From: Candidatus Nomurabacteria bacterium | GTDB taxonomy: Bacteria; Patescibacteriota; Minisyncoccia; Phycocordibacterales; UBA918 | DNA: 64,000 nucleotides | Direction: 5' to 3' | NCBI GenBank assembly: GCA_020632075.1 | Contig: JACKGH010000001.1 | Coordinates: 42,133 to 106,132 of the forward strand | In this document: in pieces, positions 56,582-64,000 of the stretch | Layout of the letters: every line of letters begins with the position of its first letter | How positions within the stretch are numbered: position 1 is the first letter of the stretch | Notes under the pieces: generated by a model | What the model was told of the DNA's origin: nothing | The model's input: only the letters and a program-made list of their open reading frames with translations | The model's database searches: none | Translations under genes and position numbers: made by a program

Positions 56582-58809
56582 GGTACGAGACACTCAAGCC
56601 CAAGTTCGATCCGATCGGCAACAATATCGTAGCCAAAGTCATTTGGGTGCACTAAGTCACTCATGAGGAACGGATTGCCGAAGATGTTTTTATAAATGTC
56701 TGGAATGAAAACAGAACCAGTGTCGCTCGCGACATCTTCGTAGGCTGCATACACAGTGTCGTTGAAGAGGTAATTATCAAAACCAACCACGATCGTGTTC
56801 GCACCAGTTTCTTGAATTTGATCCACGATCGATCGTAGGTTTGTAAACGTCTGTGCTTGAGTAAGGAGTGGTACCGATTGCCAGTCGTAGCCGAGTCGGT
56901 CTGCGATCGCGTCAAGCTCGCTGGTCAGTTCGCGATCGACCGCAGTTTCGCTTAGCGCTTCGTAGACACGACGGATCTCATCATTACCACCTAGAAAGAC
57001 GATCACTGTGCTTGGTGACTTGCTCAGCACATCGGCAGTGAGTCGCTCGAGCGCATCTTGGGTTGTGTCTCCAGAGACGCCAGCATTAATGATGTTGATC
57101 CCTAAGTTCTTCTCAAGCTCATCAACGTAGTTTTGGCCAGGCGTGGCGCCAATACCGTAGGTGATGCTATCGCCGAGTGCGATCACCGGGCCGCTGCCAG
57201 TCGGGTAATTGGTTATCTGACTCAGGTCAAAACCGTTACAGTTTTCGGGATTGAATGTAACTGAGAATGGTTCTGAAGTGGCGACCTTCGTGTAGGAATT
57301 CTTTTTGAATAATCGAAACTCAAAGGTTCCTTCAGTGTTCAATGGGAACTGTTCTCGGTACGACAGAGTGTCGGTGTACTCCCAGTCTAAGTAGCTGCTA
57401 TCCGAAGATCCTACGGTGTATAGTCCGATCCAGTCAAGCAGGGAATAAGGTCCGCTCCAAACAGCATCGGCTATTTCACCAAAGTCGTATGAGGTTTTGT
57501 CCGGTTCAACACTGTATATTGTGACCGGCGGCGGATCGTTCGGGTTGTCATTCGCAGTGACCAAAAAACTATTTGAGATGGCAACTCGTTTGTAACTATT
57601 GTTCTTGAAGTAGCGAAACTCGAATTCTCCAGTATTCGGCAGTGCAAATGATAGCTCTCCAGTAACACCAGTGACGTATGCCCAGCTGCTGTAGCTGTAG
57701 TCTGAGGCTCCTAACTGGTACAGTCCGATCCAGTCTTGAGTCAAGCTGTCGCTGGTGTCAGTTTCCCAGCTTACGGTTGCAGTCGCACCTTGCGCGTATT
57801 CAGTGTCATCGGTGCTTAGTGTGTACGCATTGTTGTTATCATTTGGGTCTGGTGCAGTGACAGTGAAGTTTTCTGAGGTGGCAACGCGTTCATATCCGTT
57901 ATTCTTGAAGTATCGTATTTCGAATGTGCCGATCTGTGGGAGATTGAAGGATTTTTCTCCGGTTGCACTGGTAATGTACGCCCAGTCTTGGTAACTGTAA
58001 TCGGTTGTGTCGACAGCGTACAGTCCGATCCAGTCATTGGTTAGATTATCGTCTGCGTCAGCATCCCAGGCCACTGTCACGGTGTCACCTTGTGTAAAGC
58101 TGGTGTCGTTTACGGTGAGGGAGTAGCCGGGAGTGCTATCGTCCCCATCATCAGAATCATCCGCCTCAGTCACAGTGATCGTGTCTGAAGTCGCGACATC
58201 AGTGTAGCTATTGTCGATAAGATAGCGGAATTCGTACGTTCCGGGTGTGTTGATGGTGAAAGTCTTGCTGCCGTCGGTGGTGTTGGTGTAGGCCCAATCG
58301 CTATAGGAGGTGTTGCTGCTGTCTACACCGTACAGTCCGATCCAGTCATAGGTCACATCTGTGGTCCCAGTGACTTCCCAGCTTACTGTCACTTGTTTAC
58401 CTGCTGCGACAGTGCCTGCATCGGTAGAAAGGATATACGTCACTTCTGGATCAGTCGTGATCGTGAATGCTTCTGAGGTAGCAACAAGTTCGAATCCTGC
58501 ATTTGTAAACAATCGGAGTTCGTAGGTGCCAGGAACTCCCTCGTACAAGATGAGCGACCCTTCGGTGGCAGTCGATAAGTATGACCAGCTACGGTACTGA
58601 GTATTGGCCGAGTCAACTTTATAGATACCGACCCAGTCGCTTGCATTGTGATCTGCTGGCGCAGTCCAAGAAACAACGATCGATTCATTGGGAGAGTAGT
58701 TCGTGGCGTTTGGGGCGACAGTATAAGTTGCTGCACTCACTAAAATTGGCGACAGCAGTAGCACTTCCAACAAGCCTAGAAATGAGTTTCGTAGGACGTT
58801 CATATACAC
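56578..58809 (-). CDS. Secreted protein with five to six tandem ~100-aa beta-domain repeats and a C-terminal SGNH/GDSL hydrolase domain.
   Basis: Signal peptide; repeats of the form DWIGLYxVDSSNTSYxDWAYT...GTYEFRYFKNNSY..VATS; a C-terminal VIALGDSITYG...GGNDE...DxxH (SGNH). Confidence 0.65.
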   Translation of the reverse strand: MYMNVLRNSFLGLLEVLLLSPILVSAATYTVAPNATNYSPNESIVVSWTAPADHNASDWVGIYKVDSANTQYRSWSYLSTATEGSLILYEGVPGTYELRLFTNAGFELVATSEAFTITTDPEVTYILSTDAGTVAAGKQVTVSWEVTGTTDVTYDWIGLYGVDSSNTSYSDWAYTNTTDGSKTFTINTPGTYEFRYLIDNSYTDVATSDTITVTEADDSDDGDDSTPGYSLTVNDTSFTQGDTVTVAWDADADDNLTNDWIGLYAVDTTDYSYQDWAYITSATGEKSFNLPQIGTFEIRYFKNNGYERVATSENFTVTAPDPNDNNNAYTLSTDDTEYAQGATATVSWETDTSDSLTQDWIGLYQLGASDYSYSSWAYVTGVTGELSFALPNTGEFEFRYFKNNSYKRVAISNSFLVTANDNPNDPPPVTIYSVEPDKTSYDFGEIADAVWSGPYSLLDWIGLYTVGSSDSSYLDWEYTDTLSYREQFPLNTEGTFEFRLFKKNSYTKVATSEPFSVTFNPENCNGFDLSQITNYPTGSGPVIALGDSITYGIGATPGQNYVDELEKNLGINIINAGVSGDTTQDALERLTADVLSKSPSTVIVFLGGNDEIRRVYEALSETAVDRELTSELDAIADRLGYDWQSVPLLTQAQTFTNLRSIVDQIQETGANTIVVGFDNYLFNDTVYAAYEDVASDTGSVFIPDIYKNIFGNPFLMSDLVHPNDFGYDIVADRIELGLECLVP

Positions 58810-58952
58810 TACTATATACGCATAACTGGTATTTGCAAGTAATGATTAATGTGGTGTAATTTTTTCTGAACCAAATAGGGTAGTAGGGTAATTCAAATAC
58901 CGTGTATACTATGCTGAAATAGTAGTTAAATAGTCACGTAGTAACAGTCATT

Positions 58953-59711
58953 ATGTCAGACCAAACAGTACAATCAACGCAACCTCACACGCAGCAAAGC
59001 ACGCTAATGAAAGATCTTATGATCCCGGTTTCGATCATCATTGCTGGTGGCTTTATTGGCGCTGGACTTTACTTTGGTGGTGGCCAAGCAAGCTCTACTG
59101 GTGTTGCTGCACCAACTCAGGCAGCTGAAGCTGATGATAAGACTAGTTTGGTCAATCCAGTGACTGCCGCAGACCATATTCGTGGCAGTCTCGAAGCGCC
59201 GGTGAAGATCATCGAGTTTTCTGACTATGACTGTCCATTCTGTACGCGGTACCACACGGCAATGCAGGAGATCACAAGTAAGTATTCCGGTGATGAAGTG
59301 GCGTGGGTATACCGTCATTTTCCGCTTGAGCAACTTCATCCACAGGCAGCTGCTGTCGCTCTTGCTTCAGAATGTGTCGCTGAGCTCGGTGGTAATGATG
59401 CGTTCTGGGAATTCACAGATAGCTATATGACAGCTCGTGGCAGTGGCGATAAAACTGCACACAATGAACTTATTCCAAAGCTGGTTCTCGGAGTTGGTGT
59501 GTCACAGCAAGCATTCACAGAGTGCTACGATAGTGGTCGTCACAACGCAGCAATCCAGGAAGACATGACTGATGCGGTCGAGACCGGTGGTCGCGGTACA
59601 CCATGGAGTATTTTGGTTGGGCCATCTGGCAAGACCTACCCGATCAATGGTGCGCTTCCAGCTGCAACGATCGAGAATCTTATCAAGCTAGCAAAAGAAG
59701 AAGCTTACTAG
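58953..59711 (+). CDS. DsbA-like thioredoxin-fold oxidoreductase (paralog of 21327..22090).
   Basis: KIIEFSDYDCPFCTRYH, with about 55% identity by eye to the upstream paralog. Confidence 0.75.
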   Translation: MSDQTVQSTQPHTQQSTLMKDLMIPVSIIIAGGFIGAGLYFGGGQASSTGVAAPTQAAEADDKTSLVNPVTAADHIRGSLEAPVKIIEFSDYDCPFCTRYHTAMQEITSKYSGDEVAWVYRHFPLEQLHPQAAAVALASECVAELGGNDAFWEFTDSYMTARGSGDKTAHNELIPKLVLGVGVSQQAFTECYDSGRHNAAIQEDMTDAVETGGRGTPWSILVGPSGKTYPINGALPAATIENLIKLAKEEAY

Positions 59712-59716
59712 AGAGT

Positions 59717-60271
59717 ATGGCGTCCGGAGTTTTGACTCGGGTCTTTCGACATCGAAGGTATGTGTTCGGTGCTGCGTTGGTAGCGTTCGCGGTGTTGACC
59801 GCTGGTGTTATGTTGCCCAATTGGGGTATTTTAGTACAGATACTGTTTTCTGGTTCGATCGGTCTTGGTGCAAAACTTTCCTTTGTCTTTAGTTTGTATG
59901 GTTCGATCTTTACTAACTTCACTGTATTTTCAGCCCTGTATCTATTGCTGATCGCAGTACTGTTTGGGATCAATGTTGGCATTTTGACATTCTACATTCG
60001 TCGACGGCAGACCAAGCGCACCGAAGGTGCGGCGGCGCATCTGGCGAGTATTGGAGGGATTGTGAGTGCGATGCTTGGGATTGGCTGTGCGGCGTGTGGC
60101 TCGGTAGTGATCACAGCAGTACTTGGTTTATTTGGTGCTACTGGATTGCTGCTCCTGCTACCGTTTCATGGAATCGAGTTTGGTGTGCTTGGTCTGATCT
60201 TGCTTATCGTATCGATCAGATATTTGATGCGGCGGATCAATGATCCAATCGTTTGTCCAACTAAGTACTAA
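59717..60271 (+). CDS. Four-TM CxxC membrane partner (paralog of 22094..22654).
   Basis: GIGCAACGSVVI and C-terminal DPIVCPTKY, in the same arrangement after the DsbA-like gene. Confidence 0.5.
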   Translation: MASGVLTRVFRHRRYVFGAALVAFAVLTAGVMLPNWGILVQILFSGSIGLGAKLSFVFSLYGSIFTNFTVFSALYLLLIAVLFGINVGILTFYIRRRQTKRTEGAAAHLASIGGIVSAMLGIGCAACGSVVITAVLGLFGATGLLLLLPFHGIEFGVLGLILLIVSIRYLMRRINDPIVCPTKY

Positions 60272-60302
60272 AAAAGAGCCACCACTGGCTCTTTTTTAGC
60301 AT

Positions 60303-61310
60303 TTATCTCCCACGGCCGTAGATTGAACGCAACTTACTCACGTGTTCTTGATAATCAGCAGAACAGTGATAGGTACCGTTGCTGGTATGGAAGTAGAATA
60401 GACAGTCTGTTGGAATCGGATTGAGGGCGGCTAAGATAGCTTCAGCCGAAGGATTCGAAATTGGTCCTGGTGGCAAGCCTTCATTCTTGTAGGTGTTATA
60501 TGGTGAGTCCATGTACTTGTCGGCTGGGCGAACTGCTGGCCACCAGGCTGGTTCGTAGGCGCGGCTCCCGCGTGCATACTGCAACGTCGCGTCTAATTGT
60601 AGTGGCATATTTATAAAGAGACGATTCCAGATCACGCCTGAAATTTCGCGCATGTTCTCAAAATCACTGGCTTCGCGTTCAAGTAATGATGCGATGATGA
60701 GCGCGTCTTCAAGCGGTACTTGCTCAGCTACTTCAGGAGTATACCGAGCAAGGATTTCTTTCTCAAATGAAGAGCTGATGAGCTGCTGCATGTCGGCTGG
60801 TGTCGCGCCACGATGTGCGATGTATTGGCCTGGATAGTACTTTCCGTCACTAAAAGTAGGCGCTGTCTCGTCGACGAGTCGTTGGAACTCTAACCGGTCA
60901 TCAACGTCCCAGCGAAGGATCTCCCCGATCTTTTTTGCTGCTTCTTCTTTTCGTTCGCCTGGCCAGATCACAACGATCCGACCGACTGGTGAGGCAAGGT
61001 TTTGATACCAGTCATCTTCAGCAAAGAAAGCAGCGACCTTGTTCCACCAGTTACGGCGTGAATCTGGAGCCGCTGCAAGCGCGTCTGTGAAGAAGGTATC
61101 TGCAGCAGGGTCTTCTATGATCGTTTTTGCGATCGGGTCAACACTGACCGGAAATGGCTCTGGGCGGTCGATCTCCTCGATCTGCTTTACTGCATAAGAA
61201 AAGATCATGCTCTTTGACTCGAGTAGAAGAACAAACCCCATTGACCCAAGGACACTACACATGATTATGAGACCCGCGATTCCACGAAGCACCGCCTGTT
61301 TGTTCAGCAT
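60303..61310 (-). CDS. mltG: Endolytic murein transglycosylase MltG (YceG family).
   Basis: N-terminal TM plus YceG motifs GLPPGPISNPSAEAILAALNP...YFHTSNGTYH. Confidence 0.7.
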   Translation of the reverse strand: MLNKQAVLRGIAGLIIMCSVLGSMGFVLLLESKSMIFSYAVKQIEEIDRPEPFPVSVDPIAKTIIEDPAADTFFTDALAAAPDSRRNWWNKVAAFFAEDDWYQNLASPVGRIVVIWPGERKEEAAKKIGEILRWDVDDRLEFQRLVDETAPTFSDGKYYPGQYIAHRGATPADMQQLISSSFEKEILARYTPEVAEQVPLEDALIIASLLEREASDFENMREISGVIWNRLFINMPLQLDATLQYARGSRAYEPAWWPAVRPADKYMDSPYNTYKNEGLPPGPISNPSAEAILAALNPIPTDCLFYFHTSNGTYHCSADYQEHVSKLRSIYGRGR

Positions 61311-61438
61311 GTGATTATTATGCCATATTGCAATGAGATAGATTCTTGAATGGGTGGGTAATTCTCTAGTCTTATAATTTGTGGCCTGGCGTGGTGAGGA
61401 GTAGAATAGGTAGACCTTACAGGCTTAATTTTGTACGT

Positions 61439-62116
61439 ATGAAAAGCATGAAAATTATTGGATTCTTAGTAGTTGCAGCGATAGTGGTTGCTGTAGCCGG
61501 GTATTTCATGTTGTTTGGTGGTGATACGTCATCAGAGACTAGTGAAGAAAAAGCTGCGCAGTTGGCTGAGGAAGCGGGAGTTTCGCCAGCTACTGATGAT
61601 ACACGCCAGGGTAGCGGAACGCTCGAAGAGTTGCGACTCTTGGGCGAGGACCTCGAATGTACTATCGCTGTGGTGGCTGGAGAGCAAGCGACGACTGTTG
61701 AAGGAACCTACTTCGTGAGTGATGGTGAGATCAGAGGTGACTTCCTGACCGAGACGCCAGACCTAAGCGGCATGATGTTGTCTTCTATGATCATTTCTGA
61801 GGATATGATGTATGTTTGGACTGAACTTGAAGGTGAAAAGTATGGGGTGAAGATCGATCTTTCACTGGTAGAGGAGGATGTAAATGCAGAGACTGCAGTG
61901 TCACAAGAACCGGTGCGAATGGATGATCGAGTTGATTATCGTTGTGTGCGCTGGAGCAACGTCGACCGCACGGTGTTTGTACCACCGGGTGATGTGCTCT
62001 TTCAGGACATGAGTGCTGTCATGGAGTCTGGTATGGAATACGGTACTACGTACGAAGGAGGAGGCATGCCGAATTTTGAAGGATTCGAGATGCCGCAAAT
62101 GCCAGAATTACCGTAG
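61439..62116 (+). CDS. Hypothetical secreted or membrane-anchored acidic protein.
   Basis: N-terminal TM IIGFLVVAAIVVAVAGYFML; a terminator at 62131-62165. Confidence 0.45.
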   Translation: MKSMKIIGFLVVAAIVVAVAGYFMLFGGDTSSETSEEKAAQLAEEAGVSPATDDTRQGSGTLEELRLLGEDLECTIAVVAGEQATTVEGTYFVSDGEIRGDFLTETPDLSGMMLSSMIISEDMMYVWTELEGEKYGVKIDLSLVEEDVNAETAVSQEPVRMDDRVDYRCVRWSNVDRTVFVPPGDVLFQDMSAVMESGMEYGTTYEGGGMPNFEGFEMPQMPELP

Positions 62117-62162
62117 TGGAGCTAATAGAAAAGGCGCGGGGCCCTTGGGCCCCGCACCTTTT

Positions 62163-62519
62163 CTATGCCAATCTATCAACTCCGATCGTGATTAATACGA
62201 TGGCGAAAAAGATGCCAGCCAAGAACACTGCACCAGCAGCCATGTCCTTACTGTGTTTGATGCCGTCGTGTAGTTCGGGGTGGATGCGGTCGAGGGCCGC
62301 TTCAAGGGCAGAGTTTTGGAGTTCAGTGATAAAAATGAGAAACGTGGAGAGAGTTAGAAAAAGCGCCTCTATAGTAGAAAACGGTTTGAAAAAGTAGTAG
62401 GCGAGCAGTGCAACAATGGCAGCAAGTGCTACCTGACTAGCGAAGCCAAAATCATGTCGTAATGCATAGGTGAGTCCACGTAGTGCGTGTGGGAAGCGTC
62501 GAAAGTATTTTTTGATCAT
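62163..62519 (-). CDS. dgkA: Diacylglycerol/undecaprenol kinase (DgkA family).
   Basis: ELQNSALEAALDRIHPELH...KDMAAGAVFLAGIF in a three-TM protein. Confidence 0.7.
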   Translation of the reverse strand: MIKKYFRRFPHALRGLTYALRHDFGFASQVALAAIVALLAYYFFKPFSTIEALFLTLSTFLIFITELQNSALEAALDRIHPELHDGIKHSKDMAAGAVFLAGIFFAIVLITIGVDRLA

Positions 62520-62761
62520 AGTTTCACTATTTTACTATACACCATGGTTCTGAATACTTTCTCGTTATCACTGATCAGTCGGGGGTTTGGGGGGTTTTAA
62601 AAATCGAGCCGCATTCAGGCAGGCTAGGGTCATATCCGCATGGCGGAAGGTCGTCAAAGTCTGGTGTGTAGCCCACCTCTGTGTATACGTAGGCCAACAA
62701 CAGTATGAGCATAACAACTATTGCGATTACTATTTTTCTAAACATGAGACCTTTAGTATAC

Positions 62762-63493
62762 CTAATAGTCTTTCTCTGCGTAGATAGAGATAGTACGGCG
62801 CTTGCGGGCCTTACCTTTTGAGGTGTGTTTGTGAGAGCGATAGATTTTGTGAACAATGAATCGCTCACTTAGGAATGCTACTAACTCTTCCTCACTGTAG
62901 ACATACTCTGGCACTCCCATGACCGGATGGATATAGGTTCCTTCTTCTTGTCCCGGATGATCCTTGAGGAGCCGAGCGGTGTGGAGGTCTTTGTCCTTGA
63001 GGAAGGTTTTCATGAAGAGGAAGCCACCGGGCGCGAGCACGCGAAAGAGTTCGTCACGGAGGTGCTCGCGCCCGGCTTTATCGAGGAAATGCGAAGTCAT
63101 CATATCAAGCGCAATCGTTTGTGACTCGTCTTCGGCAGGGAGCGGCGCGCCAGCTGATCCAACGTGGTATTTAATCGCAAGCCCCTCGCTGGCGCGCCGT
63201 GCTTGCGCAACTGCCGCAGAAGAGATGTCGACGCCAATACCATTCATACCAAACTCGCGTGCCAGATAGATGAGATTACGTCCGTTACCACAGCCAGCAT
63301 CGATCGCACTTGATCCAGTAGCCAGAATATCCTCACGCTTGCGCCGCTCTGTCCACCGAGTGAACTTAGCGAGGTCGGCACTCTCAGCTTCAGAGAGCTT
63401 GAGGTGCTCCGGGTTGGTGTACTCCTTATCCCAAAAAGCCGCACCGTGCACCTTGCGCTTTTTCTTCCGAGTGAAATTTGGTTTGACTGCCAT
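62762..63493 (-). CDS. Class I SAM-dependent methyltransferase.
   Basis: Motif I AIDAGCGNGRNLIYLA and motif II GIGVDIS. Confidence 0.65.
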   Translation of the reverse strand: MAVKPNFTRKKKRKVHGAAFWDKEYTNPEHLKLSEAESADLAKFTRWTERRKREDILATGSSAIDAGCGNGRNLIYLAREFGMNGIGVDISSAAVAQARRASEGLAIKYHVGSAGAPLPAEDESQTIALDMMTSHFLDKAGREHLRDELFRVLAPGGFLFMKTFLKDKDLHTARLLKDHPGQEEGTYIHPVMGVPEYVYSEEELVAFLSERFIVHKIYRSHKHTSKGKARKRRTISIYAEKDY

Positions 63494-63508
63494 ACAGTAC
63501 GCAAGAGA

Positions 63509-64000
63509 CTACGACACTTTTGGCTTATTGTCTACCTCTCGTACGATAAAGGTATTTGCGATCCACTTCGAGAATTCAACCACCATGATGTTGATCAAGC
63601 ACCACACTGCCACAAAGCAGATCCAGCCAAAAGAGAGTGGGGTGACTTCAAAGATATCCACTAAGAACGGAACGGTAAAGGTTGCGATCATGAGTACTGT
63701 GCCAATGGCAACACCACCCATAAGGTATCGATTTTCAAGTAGTGAGTAGCTGAAGATCGAGCGACTGAGATCAAGGAAAGAGAATGAAATGAAGAGTGTG
63801 TAGGTACCAAAACTTGCAAAGATGATACTGCGAGCGAGGTCGACTGGTACGCCGAACTGTAGCAAGCTTAAGTATAGTCCGAAGAGCATAAGCGAGACTA
63901 CTATACCGATGAAGATCGTCAGAAAGATCACTCGTGTGCTAAAGAACTGTTTGCTGGCCGCGCCTTCTTCACGCATTCTCTGACGGTCAAACGCAAAGGC
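63509..64000 (-). CDS. C-terminal membrane segment of a cation-transporting P-type ATPase, partial; the ORF continues past the window end.
   Basis: Cation_ATPase_C-like TM helices. The reading frame remains open upstream of Met 63976 (AFAFDRQRM...). Confidence 0.5.
   Translation of the reverse strand, partial: AFAFDRQRMREEGAASKQFFSTRVIFLTIFIGIVVSLMLFGLYLSLLQFGVPVDLARSIIFASFGTYTLFISFSFLDLSRSIFSYSLLENRYLMGGVAIGTVLMIATFTVPFLVDIFEVTPLSFGWICFVAVWCLINIMVVEFSKWIANTFIVREVDNKPKVS

Noticed and set aside
1-64000. CRISPR arrays, IS elements or transposases, rRNA genes
   Set aside because: No regularly spaced short direct repeats, no DDE or IS-type transposase ORFs with terminal inverted repeats, and no rRNA-like sequence were seen.

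Overview
The window is about 50% GC chromosomal DNA with small-genome, CPR/Saccharibacteria-like content. That lineage call is inference only, resting on short dnaX, type IV pilin, and many small membrane proteins. Housekeeping genes frame the window: dprA (partial, running off the 5' end), serS, an ftsQ-like gene, dus, dnaX, tRNA-Gln(CUG), pyrB, argS, rsgA, mltG and dgkA. Two accessory blocks lie between them. The first, at about 15.4-24.3 kb directly downstream of tRNA-Gln, is a copper/redox homeostasis island: PAP2, a Met-rich SHOCT protein, csoR with a perfect operator palindrome, a copA P1B-ATPase, rhodanese-DUF1573, DUF1573, DUF302, DsbA-like plus a CxxC membrane partner, and a multicopper oxidase. 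The second, at about 24.4-43.2 kb, is an AT-richer phage-derived, satellite-like island. Its phage-derived genes are a large serine recombinase, terminase large and small subunits, two DNA methyltransferases (one ParB-fused) and an XRE regulator. Its cargo is a tightly packed 11-gene plus-strand operon (31.8-43.2 kb). That operon encodes a non-canonical Hsp70 and a membrane-anchored J-like protein that lacks the HPD motif. It also encodes a classical AAA+ ATPase, a membrane-anchored Mrr-type nuclease fused to a topoisomerase-type zinc ribbon, and a second nuclease with a DUF559/Vsr-like domain. Several small transmembrane proteins and a multi-zinc-ribbon protein with a basic tail complete it. 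This operon is the best candidate for a previously undescribed conflict or defense system. Other notable signals are a thrice-repeated promoter module in front of a small gene, a prepilin gene and a cspA-like gene. There is also a second copy of the DsbA-like plus CxxC-membrane pair at 58.9-60.3 kb, a terminator-bounded 200-nt region with no ORF (candidate sRNA), and a perfect 38-bp palindrome inside dprA. Two long secreted proteins carry tandem repeats. All calls come from reading the ORF translations and the DNA by eye; no searches were run.
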